A stretch of 64,000 nt of DNA from Tepidisphaeraceae bacterium (lineage in GTDB: Bacteria > Planctomycetota > Phycisphaerae > Tepidisphaerales > Tepidisphaeraceae), in assembly GCA_035998445.1 (NCBI GenBank), contig DASYHQ010000050.1, positions 89,647 through 153,646 of the forward strand, written 5' to 3'. The translations under genes and the position numbers were made by a program. The notes under the pieces were generated by a model that saw only the letters and a list, made by a program, of their open reading frames with translations, was not told the origin of the DNA and did no database searches. Below are positions 29,261 through 38,225 of the stretch, piece by piece (position 1 is the stretch's first letter; each line of letters begins with the position of its first letter).

Positions 29261-29965
29261 TCATCCACCCCGCTTTTTCTTCTTGAACAACCCCGGGTTC
29301 CGCACCAGAAACCCCCGCACGCCATCGGCGATGAAGCTGTACCGCCCGGTCTTCAGGTAGACGTAGCCCATCACCGCCACCACCACCGCCCCCAGCGTGT
29401 CGACGATAAGGTCCTTCATCGTGTCCGTCACCCCGCTGCCGCTGTGTTGGCTTTGCATGTCCAACGCCGGGAAGAACCAATCGACGCCGAACTCGAAAAT
29501 CTCCCACACCACGCCCAGCGTGACCGCGAACGTGACGCCGAAGAAGCAGACGAACGACGGCCGCATTCCGCGAGGCACCTCGTCGGTCTGGTTCAGCACG
29601 AACAGCACGATGAACCCGATGATGCCCAGCAGGAACCCGCTGGCCGTGTGCAGCACGAGGTCCCACCACCAGAAGCGGTAATACAGATCGAACGCCGAAC
29701 CGAGGAACAGCGACAGGAACACGAACGCCGCCGCGATCAATTGGAACTCGGGCGGGATGACGATGCGGTACCGCCGAAACAGGAACGCCGGCACCAGCGT
29801 CAGCAGCACGACGATGCCGGTGAGGAACAGGTTCTCCCAGTCCCGCCGGTACAGGAACAGCGCCATCCCGATCGCCAGCAGCACCTGCAGCGCGAACGTC
29901 AGCCGCAGGTACAGGCCGCGCTCTTCCGCGGGAAACTCGGCGGGCGGTTTCGAAGGCCAATGCAT
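29261..29965 (-). CDS. Hypothetical polytopic membrane protein
   Basis: 6-7 predicted TM helices and a C-terminal KKKKRGG. Confidence 0.55.
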   Translation of the reverse strand: MHWPSKPPAEFPAEERGLYLRLTFALQVLLAIGMALFLYRRDWENLFLTGIVVLLTLVPAFLFRRYRIVIPPEFQLIAAAFVFLSLFLGSAFDLYYRFWWWDLVLHTASGFLLGIIGFIVLFVLNQTDEVPRGMRPSFVCFFGVTFAVTLGVVWEIFEFGVDWFFPALDMQSQHSGSGVTDTMKDLIVDTLGAVVVAVMGYVYLKTGRYSFIADGVRGFLVRNPGLFKKKKRGG

Positions 29966-30004
29966 GGCATAAATGCTAGACGGTGGCGGCGCAACGTGCC
30001 ACCC

Positions 30005-30083
30005 GTAGGGGCAGGCCTCCGTGCCTGCCCTCTTCGCTTCTCCCCGCGCACTGAAGAGGGCAGGCACGGAGGCCTGCCCCTAC
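30005..30083. promoter_or_regulatory. Perfect 31-bp inverted repeat (gtaggggcaggcctccgtgcctgccctcttc, 17-bp spacer) in the divergent intergenic region. It is related to the family-A hairpin repeats.
   Basis: The reverse complement of 30053-30083 equals 30005-30035. Each arm contains an inner hairpin gcaggc-ctccgt-gcctgc. Confidence 0.7.
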
Positions 30084-30176
30084 AGTGCGTTAGAAACAAA
30101 GGCGCGGGTTATCACGCGGTTTCATTAGGCCGCGACGTCGCCGTCGGTTAAGATATGAAGCGACGGGGAGGTCACG

Positions 30177-30887
30177 ATGAACTTCAACAATCTAATTGAT
30201 GGATGGAACCTGGCGTTCGCCCTGCCGTTGCTGTTGGCCTTGGTCTACCTCGGCCTGTACATCGCCAGCGGCGTGACGTTCGGCGATCCCGATACCGACG
30301 GTGACGCCGACCACGACGCGGACCACCATCACCCCGACCCCGCCCACGCCGGCGGGCACGACGTCATCCAGTACCACGCGTCGCAGCCGACCGACGCGCC
30401 CGTCACCTTCAGCCTGCTCAGCTGGTTCGGGGTTGGCCGCGTGCCGATCAGCCTGTGGCTGAGCGGCGCGATGCTCGGCTGGGGCGCGTTGGGCCTTGGC
30501 GCGTCGGCGTTCGCGAACAAGGAAGGGTTCAACGGGCCCACCACCGCCGCGATTGACTTCGGCGCAGCCGCCCTTGGCGCGCTGATCGTCATGCGGGCGC
30601 TTACGTTGCTCGTGACGCGCATCGCGCCCATTCACGAAAGCTACGCCCGCCGGCGGCACGAGTTGCTGGGCAGCGAAGGGGAAGCCATTTACGCGATCGA
30701 CGAATCGTTCGGCATGGTCGGCGTGCGCGACAGCCGGGGCGAGTTCTTCCAACTCGGTTGCCGCGTGGACGACGGCCAGCCCATCGCCAAGGGCTCGCGC
30801 GTGAAGCTCGTCGGTTACAACCGCGACACGAACCTGTTCCACGTCGTGCCGGTCGAAACGCCGGCCGACACGGTGTCGGCTGCTTAA
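30177..30887 (+). CDS. NfeD-like (YqiJ-type) membrane protein with a C-terminal OB-fold
   Basis: N-terminal TM region, an acidic His/Asp-rich loop, a C-terminal beta-rich domain and position upstream of flotillin. Confidence 0.65.
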   Translation: MNFNNLIDGWNLAFALPLLLALVYLGLYIASGVTFGDPDTDGDADHDADHHHPDPAHAGGHDVIQYHASQPTDAPVTFSLLSWFGVGRVPISLWLSGAMLGWGALGLGASAFANKEGFNGPTTAAIDFGAAALGALIVMRALTLLVTRIAPIHESYARRRHELLGSEGEAIYAIDESFGMVGVRDSRGEFFQLGCRVDDGQPIAKGSRVKLVGYNRDTNLFHVVPVETPADTVSAA

Positions 30888-30927
30888 CAATACTTCACCG
30901 CGTCAGTGGACGCGGTTCGCTGAGACG

Positions 30928-31010
30928 CGTCATCCTGAGGTACGCCGAAGGATCTCTTCGATCCGACGGAGAGTACGGGGGGAGATCCTTCGGAGTACCT
31001 CAGGATGACG
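30928..31010. repeat. Family-C MITE-like element between the nfeD-like gene and flotillin
   Basis: cgtcatcctgaggtacgccgaaggatctc ... gagatccttcggagtacctcaggatgacg. Confidence 0.75.
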
Positions 31011-31055
31011 AACTGTTCGAACTAGAATGACAACCTAAAAGAGGGAACCTTAACC

Positions 31056-32945
31056 ATGATGATGTTCATCCTGTTTCTCATCGGCGCCGCAATGGCCATC
31101 GCCCCGTGGGTGGCTGGCCAGCAACTGAACTTCGGCCAGCAGGCAGCCATCTCGATGTTCGGGGGCGCGGTGGCGCTCGTGTCGGCCGTCATCGTCCTCT
31201 ACTCCAAGCTCTACCGCCGCGCGTCGGCGAACATGGCGTTCGTCCGCACCGGGCAAGGCGGGGCACGCGTGATTCAGGATGGCGGCGCGATCGTCATCCC
31301 GGTGCTGCACGAGATCATCCCCGTCTCGCTCGAGACGATGCGCCTGAACGTCGAGCGCCGCGGCACGCACGCGCTGATCACGAAAGACAACCTGCGCGTA
31401 GACCTCTCTGCCGAGTTCTACATCAAGGTGCAGGCCAACCGCGACGACATCCTGCAGGCCGCCCGCAGCCTCGGCGACCGCAACATCCAGGCCGAGGCCG
31501 TCAGCACGCTTGTGCAGGAAAAGCTCGTCAGCGCCCTGCGCACCGTGGCCGCCACGAAGGACCTCGTCGAACTGCACAGCAAGCGCGACGAGTTCGCGTC
31601 CGCCGTGCAGCACATCGTCACCCACGACCTCGCCAGCAACGGCCTGACGCTCGAAAGCGTCACCATCAGCGCCCTCGACCAGACCGACCCCTCGCAGTTG
31701 CAGGAACGCAACGTCTTCGACGCCCAGGGCCTGCGCAAGATCGCCGAGATCACTCAGAAGGCCCGCGTCGAGCGCAACGAGATCGAACAGGAAAGCCAGC
31801 GCCAGGTGGTCGAGCGCAACGTCGCCACGCGCAAGAAGGTGCTCGACCTTGAACGCGACCAGGCCGAGTTCGAGGCCGACCAGCGGACGAAGGTCGCCAA
31901 CGTGCGCGCCGGCCGCGAGCGCGAGATTCAGGAATACAAACTCCAACAGGACGAAGCCGTCGCCAAGCGCGACATCGAGAAGATGCGCACGATCGAGACG
32001 AGCGAGGTCGAGCGGCAACTCGCCGTCGAGCAGGCGCAGGTCGCCAAGCAGGTCGCGCTGATCGCGACGGTGCGCGAGCAGGAGACCGCCGACATCCTCA
32101 AGGCCCAGGCCGTCGCCGTCGCCGAGCGGGCCAAGGAGGTCGCCATCGCCCAGAAGGAGCGCGAGCGTGCCGCCGCCCAGGCGCAAGCGCTGGAGGCCGA
32201 GGCCCATCGCGAGAAGGCCAACCAGGAAGTGGTGACGGTGAAGGTGACGGCCGAGGCCGAGCGCGAGGCCGCCAAGCGGCTGATCAGCGCCAAGCAGGTG
32301 ATCAACGAGAACCAGCTGCGCGAGCAGACCACCGCCGACGTGCTCGCCTACACCACCGTGAAGGAGGCCGAGGCCGAGCGCCAGGCCGCCGATTTGCAGT
32401 ACGAGGCCAAGCTGCGTCTGGCGCAGGGCGACGCCGAGAGCGCCATCCGCCGGGCCGAGGGTGAGAAGGCCATCAAGATGGTCGACGTCGACGTGTCGCG
32501 CGAAGAGGTGGACGTCGAGCAGGCCCGCGTCGAGGTCGAGCGCCGCAGCCTGTCGAACAAGCAGGAGTTCGAGGGGGCCGCGTTGAAGTTCGAGCTCGAG
32601 AAGCTGCGCATTCAGGCCGAGCAGGTCGTGCGCGTGGCCGCCGCCGAGGCGATGGGCAACATGCTGGCCAAGGCGAACATGCAGATCTTCGGCGACCCCG
32701 ACACCATGGCCCGCATGAGCGGCCGCTTCATGCAGGCCGCCAGCGTCAGCAACAGCGTCGACGGTTTGCTCAGCACCCTGCCCCCGCAGGCCGCGTCGCT
32801 CTTGAAGCAGCTCGGCGACAAGTTCGGCATCAACGTCGACATGAACGGCAACGGCAACGGCCACTCCACCGACGGCACCGCGACCGTCGACGGCAACGGC
32901 ACGACCACCGTCGCCACGACGATCAAGCCGCCGAAGGATGCTTGA
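31056..32945 (+). CDS. Flotillin-family SPFH/band-7 protein (YqiK/FloT-like) with a long E/A/Q/R-rich coiled coil
   Basis: N-terminal TM, an SPFH domain, and a ~350-aa EA-repeat coiled-coil region. Confidence 0.85.
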   Translation: MMMFILFLIGAAMAIAPWVAGQQLNFGQQAAISMFGGAVALVSAVIVLYSKLYRRASANMAFVRTGQGGARVIQDGGAIVIPVLHEIIPVSLETMRLNVERRGTHALITKDNLRVDLSAEFYIKVQANRDDILQAARSLGDRNIQAEAVSTLVQEKLVSALRTVAATKDLVELHSKRDEFASAVQHIVTHDLASNGLTLESVTISALDQTDPSQLQERNVFDAQGLRKIAEITQKARVERNEIEQESQRQVVERNVATRKKVLDLERDQAEFEADQRTKVANVRAGREREIQEYKLQQDEAVAKRDIEKMRTIETSEVERQLAVEQAQVAKQVALIATVREQETADILKAQAVAVAERAKEVAIAQKERERAAAQAQALEAEAHREKANQEVVTVKVTAEAEREAAKRLISAKQVINENQLREQTTADVLAYTTVKEAEAERQAADLQYEAKLRLAQGDAESAIRRAEGEKAIKMVDVDVSREEVDVEQARVEVERRSLSNKQEFEGAALKFELEKLRIQAEQVVRVAAAEAMGNMLAKANMQIFGDPDTMARMSGRFMQAASVSNSVDGLLSTLPPQAASLLKQLGDKFGINVDMNGNGNGHSTDGTATVDGNGTTTVATTIKPPKDA

Positions 32946-33084
32946 TCGGTTGGTTTCGTCACGACGACGCACCCGGGGCAGACGACCGCGTCTGCCCCTG
33001 ATGCGTTGTCGTGACGCTGCCTGTCGAACGGTTTGAACCGCCAAGGCCGCCAAGAGCACCAAGAGCTTCTCAGTTTCCTTGACA

Positions 33085-33375
33085 CGTCATCCTGAGAGGG
33101 TGTCAAAGAACACGCTCGGGTCCGCCTTTCACGTGGCATGGGCGTCTCGCCCATGCGTGTGGAATGGAACAACAAATGCCTTTTGTGGGTGACTGCGCTG
33201 ACCAAGCCGCAGGCTCTAAATTGAGTCTTCCGGCCCCACGACACGCATGGGCGAGACGCCCATGCCACGGTCGGAGCGGCCGCGGCACTGTTCTTTAGCA
33301 TCGCCTGTGGTGCTCCGAAGGATCTGTTCGATTCCGCGGGTGCCAGGAGATCCTTCGGAGTACCTCAGGATGACG
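33085..33375. mobile_element. Full-length (~290-bp) family-C MITE-like element with GTCATCCTGAG termini and internal catgggcgtctcgcccatg palindromes
   Basis: The termini cgtcatcctgag (33085) and ctcaggatgacg (33375) are inverted. The short ~100-bp copies elsewhere share the same ends and sub-terminal gaaggatct repeats. No transposase is encoded. Confidence 0.45.
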
Positions 33376-33404
33376 GTTGCTTCGTGAAGTGCATCGGCCC
33401 GTTC

Positions 33405-33545
33405 TTGGCTGTCTCTTCTGTAGGACAGGCATTCCTGCCTGTCTCTACCCCCCTCTCCCCGCTTTCTGTGGCACAGACATTCCTGTCTGTGTCTCCCCCC
33501 GTCCCCCTGTCTTCGAGCGGGGCAGACATTCAGGTCGCTGCGATT
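33405..33545. repeat. Array of three to four degenerate family-A hairpin units (same family as 3340-3540)
   Basis: tctgtaggacaggcattcctgcctgtctc / tctgtggcacagacattcctgtctgtgtctc / gcggggcagacattcagg. Confidence 0.75.
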
Positions 33546-33922
33546 CGGGACGGCCCGGACGCGACGGCGCGAATTGCGGTCGCGACGGCCCGCGAAGAAG
33601 AAGATTGAACCACAGAGGACACAGAGGCCACGGAGAGGAAGGCCCACCGCGGATCGAACGTCGCCCGCGAACGCCGCTACTGCAACGGCGGCTGCTCGTC
33701 GCGCGGTTTCGTCAGCACGTCGAACCCGCGCGCCTTCTTCTTCGATCGCCGGTTGAAAAGCACCGCCACCACAATCGCGGCTAACGGCATCAACACCAAT
33801 ACCAACAACAGATCTACCGCCATCATCGCCCTCCTGCGTTGCGCTGCCGGGTGAATGTCGCACGAGCCGCGCTCGGTTTGGGCATAGGCCAACAAACCTG
33901 TTCCTTTAGCGGCTTGTCCTCT

Positions 33923-34002
33923 GGGTGCCACGGTTTGGTACGCCAAGCCGTGCTGTGACGTCGACGCAGCCGACCCGGCTTGGCGTACCAAACCGTGGCA
34001 CC
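33923..34002. repeat. Perfect 28-bp inverted repeat (gggtgccacggtttggtacgccaagccg) with a 24-bp spacer
   Basis: The reverse complement of 33975-34002 equals 33923-33950 exactly. The spacer contains tgacgtcgacgca. Confidence 0.8.
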
Positions 34003-34126
34003 CGACCGCTACGGCGAGGTACGTCCTGCTCTAGTTGAACGCGCCAGACACGGGCGGGCAAGCCGCCGGCGGCACGAGGATGGAGATTGGGGGAATCACG
34101 TGCTCGCGCCGCTGGTCGCCCATGTC

Positions 34127-34963
34127 CTACGCCGCCGCCCGCAGGACGCGGACCGACTCGCCAACGGGCATCGCAATACCGCCGCCGAGGTAGGCCTGCA
34201 CGGGCCAGCTCATCGGGCCGGGCTGGCTGCGCGTGCCGTACCAGCAGGCCATCAGGTGGACGACGGAGCCGGGCGGCAACTCGGCTGGAAAGGCCACGTC
34301 GATCGTCGCGCGCTGCGTGTTGCCGCAGAAGCGCCACGCGCTTATGTCCATCGCCGCGTGCGGGCCCACGTAGCTGAAGACCGTCGCGCCGCGCGCATCG
34401 CGCGGTCGGCGGCGCACGCCGAAGATCTGCCCGCGCAGCGACAGCCGCACCGTTCGGCCCGACACCGACACCACGCGCACGCGCGGCCGCTCGTCCGGCG
34501 GCGCCACCGTCGTCCGCCGCCCGCCGCTCACCGTCAACCCGATCAAAATCTGCTGCGCCGCCGACAATTCTGTCTGTCCCCTGATGATCGAAACGATCGG
34601 CCTTACGACCAATTTCACGCGCTCGCGTGCCTGGTTCTTGTCGATCGTGGCCGCTCGCGACTGCATGCTGGGTTTCGCCGTGACCGCGTACGCCGCCAGG
34701 TAGGCCGCCGCCACCTCGCTCACCAGGTCCGACTGCGATTGTTGCAACCCGTAGCGCGATGGGTCCTCCGCGATGCCCGCAGCGAACACCCCGATCCAAC
34801 TCGCGAAGTCGGCATCCTTCGATGGAAAGTAACTCTTGCGCATCCCGAGCCCGCCTCTCACCCGCGCCGCCACACCGGCCGTCGCGATCGCGTTCGCCGT
34901 CGTCTCATCGCAGCGCCGCACGCGCGACGCCACCCCTTTCTCATCGACCATCCCAATGCCCAC
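34127..34963 (-). CDS. Hypothetical protein (278 aa). It is in the same frame as the upstream repeat-containing ORF, separated only by a TAA.
   Basis: Protein-like composition. The antisense frames are Arg-rich junk. Confidence 0.45.
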   Translation of the reverse strand: MGIGMVDEKGVASRVRRCDETTANAIATAGVAARVRGGLGMRKSYFPSKDADFASWIGVFAAGIAEDPSRYGLQQSQSDLVSEVAAAYLAAYAVTAKPSMQSRAATIDKNQARERVKLVVRPIVSIIRGQTELSAAQQILIGLTVSGGRRTTVAPPDERPRVRVVSVSGRTVRLSLRGQIFGVRRRPRDARGATVFSYVGPHAAMDISAWRFCGNTQRATIDVAFPAELPPGSVVHLMACWYGTRSQPGPMSWPVQAYLGGGIAMPVGESVRVLRAAA

Positions 34964-35063
34964 TTAACCCCCCAGCCCGCAAATCTCCGCACGCCCGATA
35001 TAAACCGCCACCCGCGTCCTGCAACCCGCCTCGCACGTCACAAATTCTTTCACCCCCATACCT

Positions 35064-35315
35064 CTGCAGCGCTGCAACGCCCCTCTGCACCGCTGCAACG
35101 TCATGCTGCAGCGCTGCAATGGCGCGCTGCACCACTGCAATGACGCGCTGCACCACTGCAATGGCACGCTGCACCGCTGCAATGTCGCGCCGCACCACTG
35201 CAGTGGCACGCTGCAGCGCTGCAGCGTCCCTACGCAGCGCTGCCGCGCCGTCCTGCAGCGCTGCAGCGTCTTCCCGCAGCGCTGCACTCCTGCGCCGCAG
35301 CGCTGCCGCACCCCC
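35064..35315. repeat. 12 tandem copies of a 21-bp unit (consensus ctgcaSYRctgcaRNGNNNNN)
   Basis: Units counted directly. The period of 21 keeps every frame open. The minus frame reads as heptads like TLQRCSVPLQWCGA. Confidence 0.85.
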
Positions 35316-35777
35316 GCGCCCCACGCCGTGGGCTCGGGTCTCACCGACCGCGACCCACGCGCTTCGGTCGGCGCCCTAACACCGCGCAACGCCAGCTCCG
35401 CGGTCGACGCCGCGTCCATGCCCACCGGCGCATCCGCCGCCCCCGCCGCCGCAGCCTCGACCCCCGCCCCCATCACTCCCACCCCGTCACCGCCCTCCGC
35501 CGCCGCGCGACCGGCGACCGTGACCGCCGCGCACTGCGCCGCACGCGCCGATCTCTCCGGCCTGCAGTACGGCCCGCCCTTCCTGAGTCGCACCTCGCCA
35601 TCTCGGGGTTCGGACGTGGAGCGTTGTACGCACGCCGAGTTGGAGCAGGCCCGGACGACGACATCAGTAGAAACTTCGCCACCCGCCACCGGTGTGCAGG
35701 TGCGGGCGGCGCGGTGTTGGCCATCGTGCGTCGGGACCTTATGATCGCGCGGCCCCATCCCACTGAGGAGCGACGAC

Positions 35778-36785
35778 ATGCTGATCCCGCCCGGCCGCGA
35801 GGCCGAAGCCGCCGTTTGGGCCCGCGCTGCCGAGGGCGTGCGCGCCGCGTCGTGGTTTGCTGGTGGGGGTTGGCTCATCTCGCAGATGGGGCCGACCGGG
35901 TTTCAGCTGTCGAAGCGAAACTGGTTCAACGACGACGGCCACGGCATTCACTTCGAGACGTGGACCACGCCCGAGGACCTCGCCGCCGGCGCGGTGCCGT
36001 TCCAGTGCCACATCATGCATGCCGGCCGCACGTTCCCCGGCACGGGTAAGAAGGCGGCCGCCGTCAGCCGACCTGTCCTTGCCCGCTGCGGCGCGGCGAT
36101 CCGCGGCTGGGGTTACCACACGCCGCGCACCGCGGGCATGAGCCTCTGCTCGGCGCGGCTGCCGTTCGACTCGCTCGACGATCTGCCGGACATCGTGGCC
36201 CGCGAGTGCTCGCGCTTCGCGACGACGCTCGCCCCAGTGATCGACGAGATGCTCGCCTGCGTCCTGGCGGGTCGACCGATCCCCCGCGCGACGGGCGCCG
36301 GCGTGGCCCGGGCCGCCAAGCCTCGCGTGCCGGAGGCGTGGGGAACGTCGATCCTCCCGCCGTTCGAATCGCTGTCGGACGGCTCGGCCGCCTGGCAGAC
36401 CGCCACCGAGGCGCGCGGCGAGATCGCCGTCACCCGCGACAAGCGCGGCACGCTGCGCGTCACCGTCGGCCCGCGCAGCCGCCACGGCTACCACGCGACG
36501 CTCCGCTGCCGCGGCCTCGCCTTCACGGCGGGCGCGAGCTACCGCGTGAGCTTCACCGCCCGCGCCGCGACGCAGTACCGCATCGCCGGCAACATCCGCC
36601 AGGCGGCCAAGCCGTTCCTCCCGGTCGGCTTCTTCCCCGGCCTGACGATCGGCACTGACTGGCAAACCCACACGTGGACGCTGATCGCCGACCGCACCGA
36701 ACCCGATGCGTGCATCACCTTCGCGCTCGGCCAGATGCCCAACACCATCTGGCTGAAGGACCTGTCCGTCCAGCGCGCAGCGTGA
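35778..36785 (+). CDS. Hypothetical protein with a C-terminal CBM4/9-like beta-sandwich region
   Basis: The C-terminal ~130 aa resemble the putative carbohydrate-binding module of the GH5 gene downstream. Confidence 0.45.
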   Translation: MLIPPGREAEAAVWARAAEGVRAASWFAGGGWLISQMGPTGFQLSKRNWFNDDGHGIHFETWTTPEDLAAGAVPFQCHIMHAGRTFPGTGKKAAAVSRPVLARCGAAIRGWGYHTPRTAGMSLCSARLPFDSLDDLPDIVARECSRFATTLAPVIDEMLACVLAGRPIPRATGAGVARAAKPRVPEAWGTSILPPFESLSDGSAAWQTATEARGEIAVTRDKRGTLRVTVGPRSRHGYHATLRCRGLAFTAGASYRVSFTARAATQYRIAGNIRQAAKPFLPVGFFPGLTIGTDWQTHTWTLIADRTEPDACITFALGQMPNTIWLKDLSVQRAA

Positions 36786-37244
36786 ACATGCCGGGCACCG
36801 ACGCGGCCGCGCGTCACGATCTGGTGCGCCAGTTCGTAGGGTGGGATTGATCCCACCGCCCTCGCTTCGGCTAGGCGAGATGGTGAAATGTTTCCACCAG
36901 CGTGGGTCCGGTCGCTGCCGCCGCCGAAGCTCGGTCCCGGCCCGTCCCACGTGCGGTGTCTCGACGCAGACGGGTGGCCCAACGGTAGCCGCGAGATCAC
37001 CGACGGCGTCGTGTATGCGTGGCGGCACGAGGACGCGTCGCGGATCGCCGCTTACGACCGGACGAACGGGAGGGCCTACTACTACTGGGCCACTCGGTAG
37101 CGCTCGGCGATGGGTTGGGTTCAGTCGGCGCACGCGGCGTTCGGCTTCGCGCCGCTTGACGACGGGCGGCGCGGATCATGTAATGCGGGCGCAAAGGCTG
37201 GGCCCGCTTCGGGCGTCATTCATTTATCTCAACGAAGGGTTTCG

Positions 37245-38090
37245 ATGGCACAGGTACGGACGGTCGCCGCTTGGACGGCGATCGCGTGGGTGGCGGCGGT
37301 GGGCGCGGGCGTGATGGGGCCGACCGGCGCGGCGTGGGCGCAGGTGCCGGTGAAGGCGCAGCAGCCGTCGCAAGACGGGCGCATCGTGCGCGGGCCGGAG
37401 AAGGACTTGGGCGCGGGGAAGGTTTGGACGTGGGTGAAGCTGGACGGGGCCGGCACGCCGACGGCGGTCGGCGTCGACTTTACCGAGACAGCGCTGAACG
37501 ACCTGCCGGCGGGCAACCCGGCGCTGGACGAGAAGATCGGCATGTGCTGCACCGGGCCGGAGTATGCGCTGGAGTTGCCGGCCGAGGCGACGAAGCTCAC
37601 GCCATTTCAGCACGTGGTGGTGAACTGGCAGCCGCGCGGGCACGAGCCGGTGCCGATCTACGGCAAGCCGCACTTCGACTTCCACTTCTACATGGTGTCG
37701 AGCGCCGAGCGCACGGCCATCACCGCGACCGGCGACGACGTGGCCAAGTGCCTGGCGCCCGTGCCGGCCGAGCAGATGCCCGAGGGGTACATCTGCCCGC
37801 CCATGCCCGTGCCGCAGATGGGCGCGCACTGGCTGTCGAAGGCGGCCCCCGAACTGGCCGGCGGCACGTTCGGCGAGACGTTCATCTACGGCTCGTACGA
37901 CGGCAAGGTGACCTTCTACGAGCCGATGGTGTCGAAGGAGTTCCTGGAGACGCGGCCGAACGTGAACAAGCCGATCGACCAGCCGAAGCAGTACGCAAAG
38001 GCCGGGCTGTACCCGACGACGTATCGCGTGCAGTACGTCGAGGCGACGAAGACGTACACGGTGGCGCTGGAAGGGTTGACGCAGCGGTAA
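37245..38090 (+). CDS. Secreted hypothetical protein (signal peptide, ~280 aa)
   Basis: The MAQVRTVAAWTAIAWVAAVGAGVMGPTGAAWAQ signal and a GAAGGG RBS. No recognised motif. Confidence 0.55.
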   Translation: MAQVRTVAAWTAIAWVAAVGAGVMGPTGAAWAQVPVKAQQPSQDGRIVRGPEKDLGAGKVWTWVKLDGAGTPTAVGVDFTETALNDLPAGNPALDEKIGMCCTGPEYALELPAEATKLTPFQHVVVNWQPRGHEPVPIYGKPHFDFHFYMVSSAERTAITATGDDVAKCLAPVPAEQMPEGYICPPMPVPQMGAHWLSKAAPELAGGTFGETFIYGSYDGKVTFYEPMVSKEFLETRPNVNKPIDQPKQYAKAGLYPTTYRVQYVEATKTYTVALEGLTQR

Positions 38091-38225
38091 GGCGACAAGT
38101 TCGTGAATCACACGACGCCGCGCCACCCCGCCGCTGGGGGCGCGGCGTCGTCGTTTAATTACTCTTTTCCTTAGGCCGCGTTGTTGTTCCCAAAGCACGG
38201 GGCTTCGGCGCATACTGTCGGCATC

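Noticed and set aside
33980-35143. 387-aa plus-strand ORF and the 297-aa minus ORF 33906..34799
   Set aside because: Both are extremely Arg/His/Pro-rich with no protein-like segments. They are antisense or alternative frames of the more plausible 34127..34963 gene in a ~70% GC region.
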